A DNA stretch of 20,000 nucleotides from Neophaeotheca triangularis (taxonomy: Eukaryota): NCBI GenBank assembly GCA_054600435.1, contig BAAIJX010000082.1, forward strand, positions 44,594 through 64,593. The letters are read 5' to 3'. This document shows, piece by piece, positions 1 to 10,527 of this stretch; position 1 is the first letter of the stretch; each line of letters opens with the position of its first letter. Under the pieces are notes generated by a model that was not told the origin of the DNA, did no database searches, and saw only the letters and a program-made list of their open reading frames with translations. The position numbers and the translations under genes were made by a program.

Positions 1-886
1 CTTGATATCAATCTTGCCCAACAGACCTCTCCGAATAATCTGCCAGATCAGCCCCAAGATCAAATGCTCCCTGACCTCGATAATGTCCCCTGCGCCAATG
101 TTGACCACAGAGCACCCGATACCCTTTGCCGACTCAATGACAATGTTGTTGTTCTCTGTCATGTGGAAAGCATTCAGGCTCTTGAGCTTCTTCCCCACGC
201 GGTTTAGCACACGCTCGTCAATAGTATCCGGCACGCTGTCGTTGATGAGCTTCGCAAGCGTCAGGCCGTCCTTGCAATAATCGAACATCTCAAAGGTATC
301 CAGGGGGAAGGGAAGTAAGTGTCCGATATCCGGGTCGCCGGCCAAGACGGCGTTGATGTGTCTGGTGAACTCCGTCCTCTCGTCCTCGTTGATGGTGTGC
401 GTGGAGCTGGTCGTGCTGCCTCCCACTGTGATTCTCCCACCACCACCCTGGCTGCTTTTACTAGCATGTTGCGGTGCGCTGGGAGTGCCAGGTTGCTGGA
501 CATTGCTGACAGCACGACTGCGCTGGGGCCCGGTAGAAGCCCGCTGCTGTTCAGGACTTGAGAGGCGGAGCTTGGCGACGAGGTCGACGTAGTCGTCTAG
601 TTCGACGCGGCGTGAGCTGTCCAACTCGACCTCTTTGAGCGCCTGGCGGACGACGTCATAGGGCTGTCTCTCCGAAGTCTGGGTGGCTTTGATGGTGGTT
701 GCCTCGTCGATGTAGCCCTTGTCGTCGACGTCGAGCTTGCGGAAGGCGTCGGTCAGACCGAAGATTTCGCTCTGCTCGAATTGAGGGTACTTTCTGCGAG
801 GAAAGTGTTAGCTGGCTGTGGATAGGGGGCATTTGATAGGGCATCGCGCTGTCGCCTGCGTACTTTTGAAGCTTGAGAACGTTCAT
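1..886 (-). CDS. fimA: Fimbrin/plastin actin-bundling protein, 5' part only (continues past position 1)
   Basis: Exon 1 886..864, intron 863..794 (GTACGC...GCTAAC...CAG), exon 2 793..1. Reads MNVLKLQKKYPQFEQSEIFGLTDAFRKLDVDDKGYIDEA (EF-hand-like), then HTINEDERTEFTRHINAVLAGD...LINDSVPDTIDERVLN...ENNNIVIESAKGIGCSVVNIG...HLILGLIWQIIRRGLL, the CH1 domain of Sac6/FimA. The ORF track missed it because exon 2 has no start codon. Confidence 0.96.
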
Positions 887-1549
887 GCTGGCGGTTGCGC
901 ACCTGTTGCGCTTTCAAACGGTGGAAGGGTGTAGGAAGAGTGATGTAGTGATTGGACTTCCAATTCGCATTCGGCAGCCTGGAGAGGATCGAAGAATGCT
1001 TGTGCGCGTGCGAGTGCGAGGTGATTGGCGTTGATAGTAGCGAGGTCAAGGTTGCCTGCCTGGCATGCTGTTCCGGACAAGACAAGACTAGAAGACTCCA
1101 CTGACACTACTGGCACGTCGTCCTGGTCCGCTCATCACCTGCAGGTGGTGGGGGCGGGCGAAACGTCACTTCCTCCAAACACCGCCCGGCTTCTGTGGCT
1201 GATTTCCAAGTAAATCCGTCTTGGCTTGTGGCGGTGCGAAGACGTATCTACCTTACTACAGTGCCAGCCGGAGCTCCATTGGAGACGTACAGGATATGGT
1301 GTGCGCCCACTTCACAGGAAAGAATTATCAAAGATGAATGAGAGGAACTCGGAGGTATGTCCGACACTCCACAGGAGAAAACATGCATTGCCTTTCTATA
1401 ATCTGTACTTCTCATCCATGCAAAAAGTATACGCTCATATCGACGACTGCAGGAAAAAGTACAACATGCCGCGTTCGCATCAATGTCCATCGTAACGCCC
1501 AGATAATGCCGTAGCACTATCAGAATTCTATGTACTAACTCCCCCTTCT

Positions 1550-3408
<1,859 letters not shown>

Positions 3409-4218
3409 TGTAGGACTTAGAGGGGCGTAAGGCGGTGCGTTCCTGATAAGGGTCGTCTGGGTGCAGGCGAAAGTGTGGATGTGTAGGGGGGAAAGTGGTG
3501 GATGGAGGAACTTAGGAAGTCGTTGCTTAAAGTTTACCGCTCCTTTGATAGCCAGTAAGTAGTAGCTTAGACTCCACGCCGCCACTGCAGGGCAGGTTCG
3601 AAGCGATACCTACCTAATCTCAGGGTTCAGCGATTAGAGCCGCATTCGCTCGGTGACACTACTGACAGCCCGCCCGCTCCAGCGACCCGCCCTGTTTTTG
3701 TGAACCTTCTACGCTGAGGCACAGAGATACAACGACAATTATATCAGAGTGTGACACACGCACAACAATAGGCGGGTGAAACGCTTCAGATGAGTGTACA
3801 AGTACCGACCTTACTTACGTATGCAGCCCCGCCTCCTGTCTGTGTGTCGGGTCTGTCTGCGCTGAAAGGCGATCTTCGCACCTGGATGTCTATTACCGCT
3901 TGACTATCACCCTCTTATAGAGGGTACGATGAAGAAAAATCTCCCGGGCCACGCGGACTTTCAGGGCGGTTAGAGGGGCATCTGGATACCTAGGATCCGC
4001 AACGAGGATACTAGTACGGCATCAACAACAACACCGACGACGACAGCGCTCAAGCGACGCCGCTGTCATGCATTTGTCCCTCTCAAGCCAAAGGAAACGC
4101 TCATCTTCAACGAGTCTTCTTCTGCAGCGCAACCATTAGTATCCACGGGTGTTTCTCGAGGAAGCTTCACAAGAAACGGCTGTCGTGTTTCAGGGACCGC
4201 TTCACCTCCATTCCAGGT

Positions 4219-4247
4219 GGTAAGGTAACCTTCGAAGCTACCTTACC
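4219..4247. repeat. Quasi-palindrome GGTAAGGTA-ac-CTTCGAAG-c-TACCTTACC
   Basis: Perfect 9-bp inverted arms (4219-4227, 4239-4247) around the self-complementary CTTCGAAG, near the middle of the glfA/glfB divergent intergenic region. Confidence 0.8.
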
Positions 4248-5113
4248 TACAATAAGCCCTCAAAATCTACCTTTAGGACATGCAATTTTGGCAAACAACG
4301 GACGGGTGTAAATAATAAAAAAAAAGGCTCGGAACCATCTGGCTGGAGATGCTCAGCCTCAGCAATAAGGGTATGATGACTGTTGATAATTACTTTGCAC
4401 CGTGTTCGTCAACTGAACACGGAACGACGAGTCTGATTGTTCTGTGCTCGTCTCACCATTATTATTCGAACAATAATTTGTGCACACGTGTCGCAGGCCA
4501 TTGGTGAAGGTTTATTACTTCCCGGCTGTACCGTATGTTAGGTAGGTAGTGGTTGTAGAGAGTCGTGGTAATAATAATTACTATGGTACGGTACGCGTAC
4601 TTGTGCATCTAGTTAGCTCTCTCTCAACGTTCTTCTCCACTCTTTCCCCTGTCAAACTCAAGCAAGGGGCCGCACGAGGCGCAGTCAGGTAATCGGATTT
4701 TGCTGGACGGGCAGCCGAGCGGGAAAGTCTATCTTGTAAGCTTGCTTGATTCTTGCACAACTACAGTAGTAACATCGTCGCAGTGCCTCGAACTTAGTAC
4801 TCGCTCCTTCGACAAACCTCTCCTGCTTTCTTCGTTCCCGCATCCCTCCCTGTCCCTTTTCTCCAAAGAGAGTCGCGACAGTTAGGATACTACTAGTACC
4901 TACCTAGCTACTCATCCTCCTTCGACTTTGGCGTCTTGGCACCTCTGCTTCGCTCCATAGCGCCCTTCGCTTCGTCTCTCCTGCATCCCACCCTCCTTTC
5001 CTTGTTGAACTTCCACAGTCTTCAACCTCAGCTACCTAGCGTTCGACTCCCACGACCAGCCCCGGAGCCGCCTGGATACCATCACATAATACATCATCGA
5101 CGCCGCCACCGCA

Positions 5114-6596
5114 ATGAACGAAAAGGAAAGGCAATCAGGAGACCTCGAGAGGCAAGCAGGCCCAGAGGTTCCCGTCCTGCAGACACAGAACACCGAAACA
5201 GAGAAGCCACAACCACCGAAGGCATCTTCGTTGCATCCGGCCGTCTACATTGCGTGAGTTGCCGCAAGAGTTATGAAATCATCAGAGGTGGACAAGCAAT
5301 TAATGGTAGAGGAACAGGACATGGATTGCGCTCAGCTCCAGCGTTATCTTGTTCAACAAATGGATCCTCTCTACACGGGAATTTTCCTTCCGTACGCTGC
5401 CAACCCCCTTGCTGGGCGATGAACCACTGGGTGCTAACCTGTCAATTAGCCATCTCTCTCACGACATGGCACTTGGGCTTTGCGACCATCATGACCCAGA
5501 TCATGGCCCGATTCACTACGACCCTCGATTCCCGTAAATCCGTCCCCATGACAGGTCGCATCTACCTACGGGCTATCCTACCCATCGGTCTCATGTTCTC
5601 GCTTTCTTTGATTTGCGGAAACCTCACATACCTTTACCTTTCCGTCTCCTTTATCCAAATGCTCAAGGTAGGCGCACACCCGCTTGGCCTTGCACCCTCG
5701 CAGGCCGATGTACTGACCGATTTTAGGCCACCACTCCGGTAGCAGTGCTTCTCGCGACCTGGGCAATGGGTGTTGCACCCCCCTCTATGAAGACTCTCGG
5801 CAACGTTGCTTTCATCGTTATAGGCGTTATGATCGCCTCCTTCGGCGAGATCAAGTTCGTGCTCACAGGCTTCCTTCTCCAGCTCGGAGGCATCGTCTTC
5901 GAAGCTATCCGCCTCGTCATGGTGCAGCGACTTCTCAGCTCCTCTGAGTTCAAGATGGACCCGCTGGTTTCGCTATACTACTTCGCACCTGCATGCGCTA
6001 TCATGAACGGCTTGACGGCGCTCGTGTTTGAAGTGCCAAAGATGACCTTGGCCCACATCGCGAACGTCGGCTACTTTGTGCTGCTCTCCAACGCCGTTGT
6101 GGCCTTCCTGCTCAACGTCTCGGTTGTGTTCTTAGTAAGCTTTTATCATGTACTCACATCGATTTGACGCGCCGCTAACAGCATGTCACAGATCGGCAAG
6201 ACCTCCTCCCTCGTCATGACCCTTTCTGGTGTTCTCAAGGACATCCTACTTGTCCTCGCTAGCATGCTCATCTTCCTCGACCCGGTCTCACCTCTCCAAT
6301 TCTTCGGATACAGCATTGCCCTCGGTGGTCTCATCTACTACAAGCTCGGCGGCGAGAAGATAAAGGAATACGCCGGACAAGGTCAGCGCGCATGGGCTGA
6401 TTACGGTGCCCGTCGCCCAGCTGCAAGGAAAATGATCGTCTTCGGCTTGGTACTGTTTGTGCTCTTCTTGTTGATCGGTGGACTGGGTAGTACCGGCGCC
6501 CTGCCAAGTCAATACGACCCAAGCCAGTATGCTATGGGCAAGTTCCAGGAAATCACTGGCAAGCACTCAATCGGTGCCGAGGTGGGCAGTGCATGA
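5114..6596 (+). CDS. glfB: Golgi UDP-galactofuranose transporter (nucleotide-sugar/TPT family), about 414 aa
   Basis: Exons 5114..5253, 5318..5391, 5450..5667, 5727..6134, 6192..6596. LHPAVYIATWIALSSSVILFNKWIL, LTTWHL, MTGRIYLRAILPIG, GNLTYLYLSVSFIQMLKATTPVAVL, FEAIRLVMVQRLL, KMDPLVSLYYFAP, IGKTSSLVMTLSGVLKDILLV. Divergent next to UGM, the known glfA/glfB (ugmA/ugtA) arrangement. Confidence 0.93.
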
Positions 6597-6944
6597 AGGG
6601 AGAGAACTATGAAATGGGCATTCATGATGGAGGGAAGGCCGAGTGTTGACGGGCTTTTGTGAAGCTACGTGGCACAGAAAGAGGAAAAGCTGTGTCGCAA
6701 TACTAACGGTCAAGCGACTGTTGCTTTTACCATCTCCTTGTGTGCGCGCGTGTGTTGTGTGCTGTTTCTTTAGCATCAGGATCGGGGGCGATATACCAAA
6801 GGCGGCGCTGATTGCGAAGGGTTCTTGTTAGGGGTTTCCTCAGGTCTAGGATCAGTCTATGTAACAACGAAGACATTGAAAATTTACTTGACCTCACCTC
6901 TAATTGCCAGTACAGCTGAATGTAGCATCTTGAGATTTGTCCAG

Positions 6945-6972
6945 CACGTGACATCGCGTCCACTTCGCGAAA
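6945..6972. promoter_or_regulatory. Cluster of E-box (CACGTG), MCB-like (ACGCGA on minus) and SCB-like (CGCGAAA) motifs upstream of MAD1
   Basis: CACGTG 6945-6950, TCGCGT 6954-6959, CGCGAAA 6966-6972, about 100-130 nt before the MAD1 ATG. Function is inferred. Confidence 0.4.
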
Positions 6973-7071
6973 GCTCGATGTGCAGCTCACATCAAAAAGC
7001 TTCAATGCTCTCTCTTCTGCCAGCGCTACTACACATCTCCTCTTCACCATCCCTCCGCCCTGGCAGCAACC

Positions 7072-9243
7072 ATGTCACGTCTTCAACCGGCCTACGACAT
7101 CATCACCGGCGCCGAGCTGCCTCCAGCCTCGCACGCCGCAACCTCCGTCCGGGAACCATTGCGCGAAAGCCAATGGAAACGAACGACCACCAACGGCGCC
7201 AGCAGCAGCGGACACTCCTTTGCGGAAGAAGAACTTCGCGGCCAGCTCAACACACTGCAATACGAACTCGACGCGCTGAAACAAGAGCGCGACCTCCAAA
7301 CCCACTCGCAGCAGCGCGAACTCCAGAACGCGCAAGCTCGCGCCGAAGCGGAAACAAAGCGCGCCTCTGCGGCTGTGCAGGAACGTGAGGCCGAGAAGGA
7401 GAAGGTCGAGAAGATTCGGCGGCAGTGGACGGAGAGCTCGGATCGGTTGGAGAACGAGAAGGGGGTTCTGGAGAAGAGATGTAGGGGTTTGGTGAACGAT
7501 GCGAGGGGGTTGCGGGAGGAGTATGAGGAGGCGAGGGAGGAAGTGGAGAGTTTGCGCAGGAAGAGTGAGAGGGAGTATGGGGAGTTGGAGCGCAGGAATC
7601 GGGGGTTGGAAGCTGCAGTGGAGGAGGTTACAAGGGATGTGGAGGGCAAGGTCAACGCGTTGAGGTTGGCGCAGGAGAGGTTGAAGGTTGCCGAGGAGAG
7701 GGTTGAGGTGCTTGAGGGGGAGGTTGTGGGGTTGAGGGGAAGAGCAGGGGATGGGGATGCGTTGGAGGTTGTGAGGCGGGAGTTGGAGGGCGAGAAGGGG
7801 GAGGTGAGTAGATTGTATGAGGAGAGGAGGGGGCTGAAGAGGGATGTGGAAGTTCTTAGGGAGAGAGCGCAGGGAGCGGAGATGTTGAGGCAGGAGTGCG
7901 CGGAGTTGCGAGCGAGGGTTGAGGGGTTGGGTGAGGTGGAAATGGAGTTGAGTAATGTGGTTAGGCGGAAGCAGGCACTTGAGGATGAGCGGGCTGCTTG
8001 GGCTTCGTACATGGAAGAGGAGGGTGAAGGGCAGGCTATGAACTACGAGACTCCTGAGGAAATGGCGCGTGCTTTTGCGAAGGAGCGGATTGATAGGATC
8101 AATTTTGCTGCCAAGCTGGGTGCTGTGCAGCCGGAGCTGGAAAGCAGAGAGCAAGCCTTGCAAGAGCTGAGGCGTGAACAGGAGAGACTGATCTCTGAGC
8201 TTGAGGTGGCTAAGACTGCTGGAGTTGAGAGCACTACGGCCATTCCTGCACCCACAGTCGCCTTCGACGCCAAGGCAAAGACCCGGCTGGAAAAGCAGAA
8301 GAGGCTTGCTTTGAAAGAAGTCGAGCACCTCCGCCAGCAGATCAAGGAATTTGACATGGACGAAGAAGAGAAAGATGCCGCCCAACCCGAAGACGCAAAA
8401 GCGAAGCGTATCGCCGAGCTTGATGACCTTCTCGGCGAATACCGCGAGGAGCTGCAAAAGCTCCACAGCGACCTCTCACAGCTCGAGACACAACAGCCAG
8501 CTAACATCAAAAAGCGTAGTCACGAGGAGGTCGAAGACCCAGAAGCAGACGAACAACGCGGCGAGCTGATCCGCCGAGCCCGCGCCCTGCAAACCGAGCT
8601 GGAAGCCGCGCAGCAACAAACTCAAACCCTCCAAACCGCCCTGGAAGCTAGCAATACCCAACTAGCCCAACTTCGCGAGAGCTCCAAAACCCGCATCCTC
8701 TCCCTCAAAGACAACCCCACCTCTCGCGCCGAAAGCGTGAAACTCGCAACCCTCACGACCCTGCGCGAAGAAAACGCCGCTTTGCTGGCCCAACTCGAAG
8801 GCAACCTGACCACCAAAGTCGTCCCCATCTCCACTCTCCAAGACTCTCAACACCAAACCGAAGCCGTACGTGGCGACCTCGCCACAGCAGAAAAGAAACT
8901 CCTCCGCCTCAAGCAAATCTACACTTCCAAATCCCTCGAGTTCCGCGAAGCCGTCGCTTCCGTCCTCGGTTGGAAACTGGATTTCCAACCCAATGGCCGC
9001 GTCAAAGCGACGAGTATTCTGTATCCTTCGCGCATTAATGCTGACGGTGAGGAGGAAGAGAACAGTATTGTTTTTGATGGCGAGAACGGGACTATGAAAG
9101 TTAGTGGGGGCGCCAGGAGTGAGTTTGCGCAGGAGATTCGGAGTAGTGTGGAGTTTTGGGTCGACGGGAGAGGGGAGGTGCCGTGCTTTCTTGCGGCTTT
9201 GACGTTGGAGTTTTATGAAAGGACTACTAGGGCTGTCGGGTAG
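7072..9243 (+). CDS. MAD1: Spindle assembly checkpoint protein Mad1, 723 aa, single exon
   Basis: Long E/R/K/L-rich coiled coil, Mad2-interacting-type motif TRILSLKDNP, RLK motif (KKLLRLKQIY), and C-terminal domain KSLEFREAVASVLGWKLDFQPNGRVK...IVFDGENGTMK...FWV...EVPCFLAALTLEFYE typical of fungal Mad1. Confidence 0.93.
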   Translation: MSRLQPAYDIITGAELPPASHAATSVREPLRESQWKRTTTNGASSSGHSFAEEELRGQLNTLQYELDALKQERDLQTHSQQRELQNAQARAEAETKRASAAVQEREAEKEKVEKIRRQWTESSDRLENEKGVLEKRCRGLVNDARGLREEYEEAREEVESLRRKSEREYGELERRNRGLEAAVEEVTRDVEGKVNALRLAQERLKVAEERVEVLEGEVVGLRGRAGDGDALEVVRRELEGEKGEVSRLYEERRGLKRDVEVLRERAQGAEMLRQECAELRARVEGLGEVEMELSNVVRRKQALEDERAAWASYMEEEGEGQAMNYETPEEMARAFAKERIDRINFAAKLGAVQPELESREQALQELRREQERLISELEVAKTAGVESTTAIPAPTVAFDAKAKTRLEKQKRLALKEVEHLRQQIKEFDMDEEEKDAAQPEDAKAKRIAELDDLLGEYREELQKLHSDLSQLETQQPANIKKRSHEEVEDPEADEQRGELIRRARALQTELEAAQQQTQTLQTALEASNTQLAQLRESSKTRILSLKDNPTSRAESVKLATLTTLREENAALLAQLEGNLTTKVVPISTLQDSQHQTEAVRGDLATAEKKLLRLKQIYTSKSLEFREAVASVLGWKLDFQPNGRVKATSILYPSRINADGEEEENSIVFDGENGTMKVSGGARSEFAQEIRSSVEFWVDGRGEVPCFLAALTLEFYERTTRAVG

Positions 9244-9442
9244 GTAAAGGGATGTTGAGGGTTGCTTTCAGGCTTTGACGGGACAACGGTGTGTTGGTAT
9301 GGCGTTTAGGCTGTAAGAGGTGGTTTATAGGACGACACATGCATGGTCCCCGGCGCTGGCTGCGAAGCTGAAACAGCCAAGACCGTGTTCATCTTGGACT
9401 CCTGACCGGCTGTAGTAGCGACGCGACGATACTGCTCGCGAA

Positions 9443-9759
9443 CTAGATTACTTCACAAGGCTCGTCCTCCAACTTCACTTGCTCATCCTCAAGCTGACCC
9501 TCAGGCAAAGCAAGCGATTCCTTGCTATACATGTTAAAGTAAAATCCCACGAAGAGCCACAAGTAAGGAGTCAAAATCACGGCACCCGTCCACGCCGCCG
9601 CGTCAGTGCCTTCGCACGCTGGCACTTTCAATGCGTGCGGGAAATTGCTGTCGATGACGAAGCTGGCCACAGGTCAGCAAGTTGGCTCTCTATTTTCCAC
9701 CGAGGCTCCTGCGGCGCGTACCAACATCCCATTGCGTAGATGAAGACGAGGTCTAGGAC
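9443..9759 (-). pseudogene. Orphan C-terminal fragment of an ELO/GNS1/SUR4-family fatty acid elongase (two exon pieces)
   Basis: 9759..9722 joined across a 59-nt intron 9721..9663 (GTACGC...GCTGAC...CAG) to 9662..9443 gives VLDLVFIYAMGCCFVIDSNFPHALKVPACEGTDAAAWTGAVILTPYLWLFVGFYFNMYSKES..., which resembles from memory the last two TM helices of fungal elongases (VIDLxFVY...CxGxxxAAxxGxxILxSYLxLFxxFYxxxY). No HxxHH motif or N-terminal part found upstream; in-frame TAG six codons upstream. Confidence 0.7.
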
Positions 9760-9974
9760 GTTTGTGGGTCTTTGCTAGGACAGTACGGACACTGATCTTC
9801 CCTCTCTTGCCTAATGCAACGAACGCTAGGGGTGGTATCCCGACACCGCGTTGTCGCCAGCTCTCAAAGTCCCCCTATCACAAAAAAGAAGTGCCCAAGG
9901 CTGTGTTAGGCGAGTGGCTCACAGACGTCGTCTAGAGTTCGTCAGCTGCAGCGACGCCCTGGATCCCTTCTGTC

Positions 9975-10259
9975 ATGGGGCAGTGGCAGACTCCCAGCGA
10001 TCTGCAGCAACAGTGGCAATTTGCGGGTAATGTTTCGGTTTATTTAGCTTCTACGGAGGTCCACGCCAATACCATGGCGCCCGATGCCGCCATGCCACAA
10101 TTTATGGGGGCTTCTTGGGAGAGGGTGAGGGTTGGGGTTGTTGAGTTGGCCTTGAGGCTTTTGGTGGAGAGGTTGCTTGTCGGGGCGGTGGTTGTTGTCG
10201 TTGGCTGGGTTTGGGCGGTTCCCTGGAGTGGAGCGTATGGGCCGGTGGCGGAGCGGTGA
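9975..10259 (+). CDS. Possible small hypothetical membrane protein (94 aa) or non-coding ORF
   Basis: ATG-started ORF with a hydrophobic C-terminal half (LLVGAVVVVVGWVWAVPW). No recognisable family; the hydrophobicity may come from the local G/T-rich composition. Confidence 0.2.
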   Translation: MGQWQTPSDLQQQWQFAGNVSVYLASTEVHANTMAPDAAMPQFMGASWERVRVGVVELALRLLVERLLVGAVVVVVGWVWAVPWSGAYGPVAER

Positions 10260-10527
10260 GGGGTGGGTGTGCTGCTTTGATTTGGTGGGAATTGTGTTCT
10301 GTCTATCTTCTTAGACTCTATGTATTTGTTTCTTTGAATAACAATGATACTGCTCGATCCGAGTACATTGGAGCTGCTTACTTCCTTCTTTACAGTGTTT
10401 GCAATTGTCTCGTCGAGTCAGGATCGCCGACAAAAGTACAAAGTCGGACGCGACCCATCGAGCACCGCAGAACAGCCCGGTCCGTGGCGAGCACGAAGGT
10501 GACAACACGAGCATGACCGTGACCGAT

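Noticed and set aside
2..592. Short + strand ORFs and the 261..515 minus ORF
   Set aside because: Antisense or out-of-frame shadows of fimbrin exon 2.
4936..5742. 268-aa ORF as the glfB N-terminus
   Set aside because: Starts at TTG and runs through UTR and intron sequence; only 5450-5667 is real exon. The spliced model from ATG 5114 fits the family.
7075..8466. 463-aa and 306-aa antisense ORFs over MAD1
   Set aside because: Low-complexity L/P/S-rich shadows. The purine-rich MAD1 strand rarely yields antisense stop codons, and no family resemblance is visible.
9446..9457. C-terminal CEVI of the elongase fragment as a CaaX prenylation signal
   Set aside because: An acidic a1 residue is a weak fit, and there is no evidence the fragment is translated.
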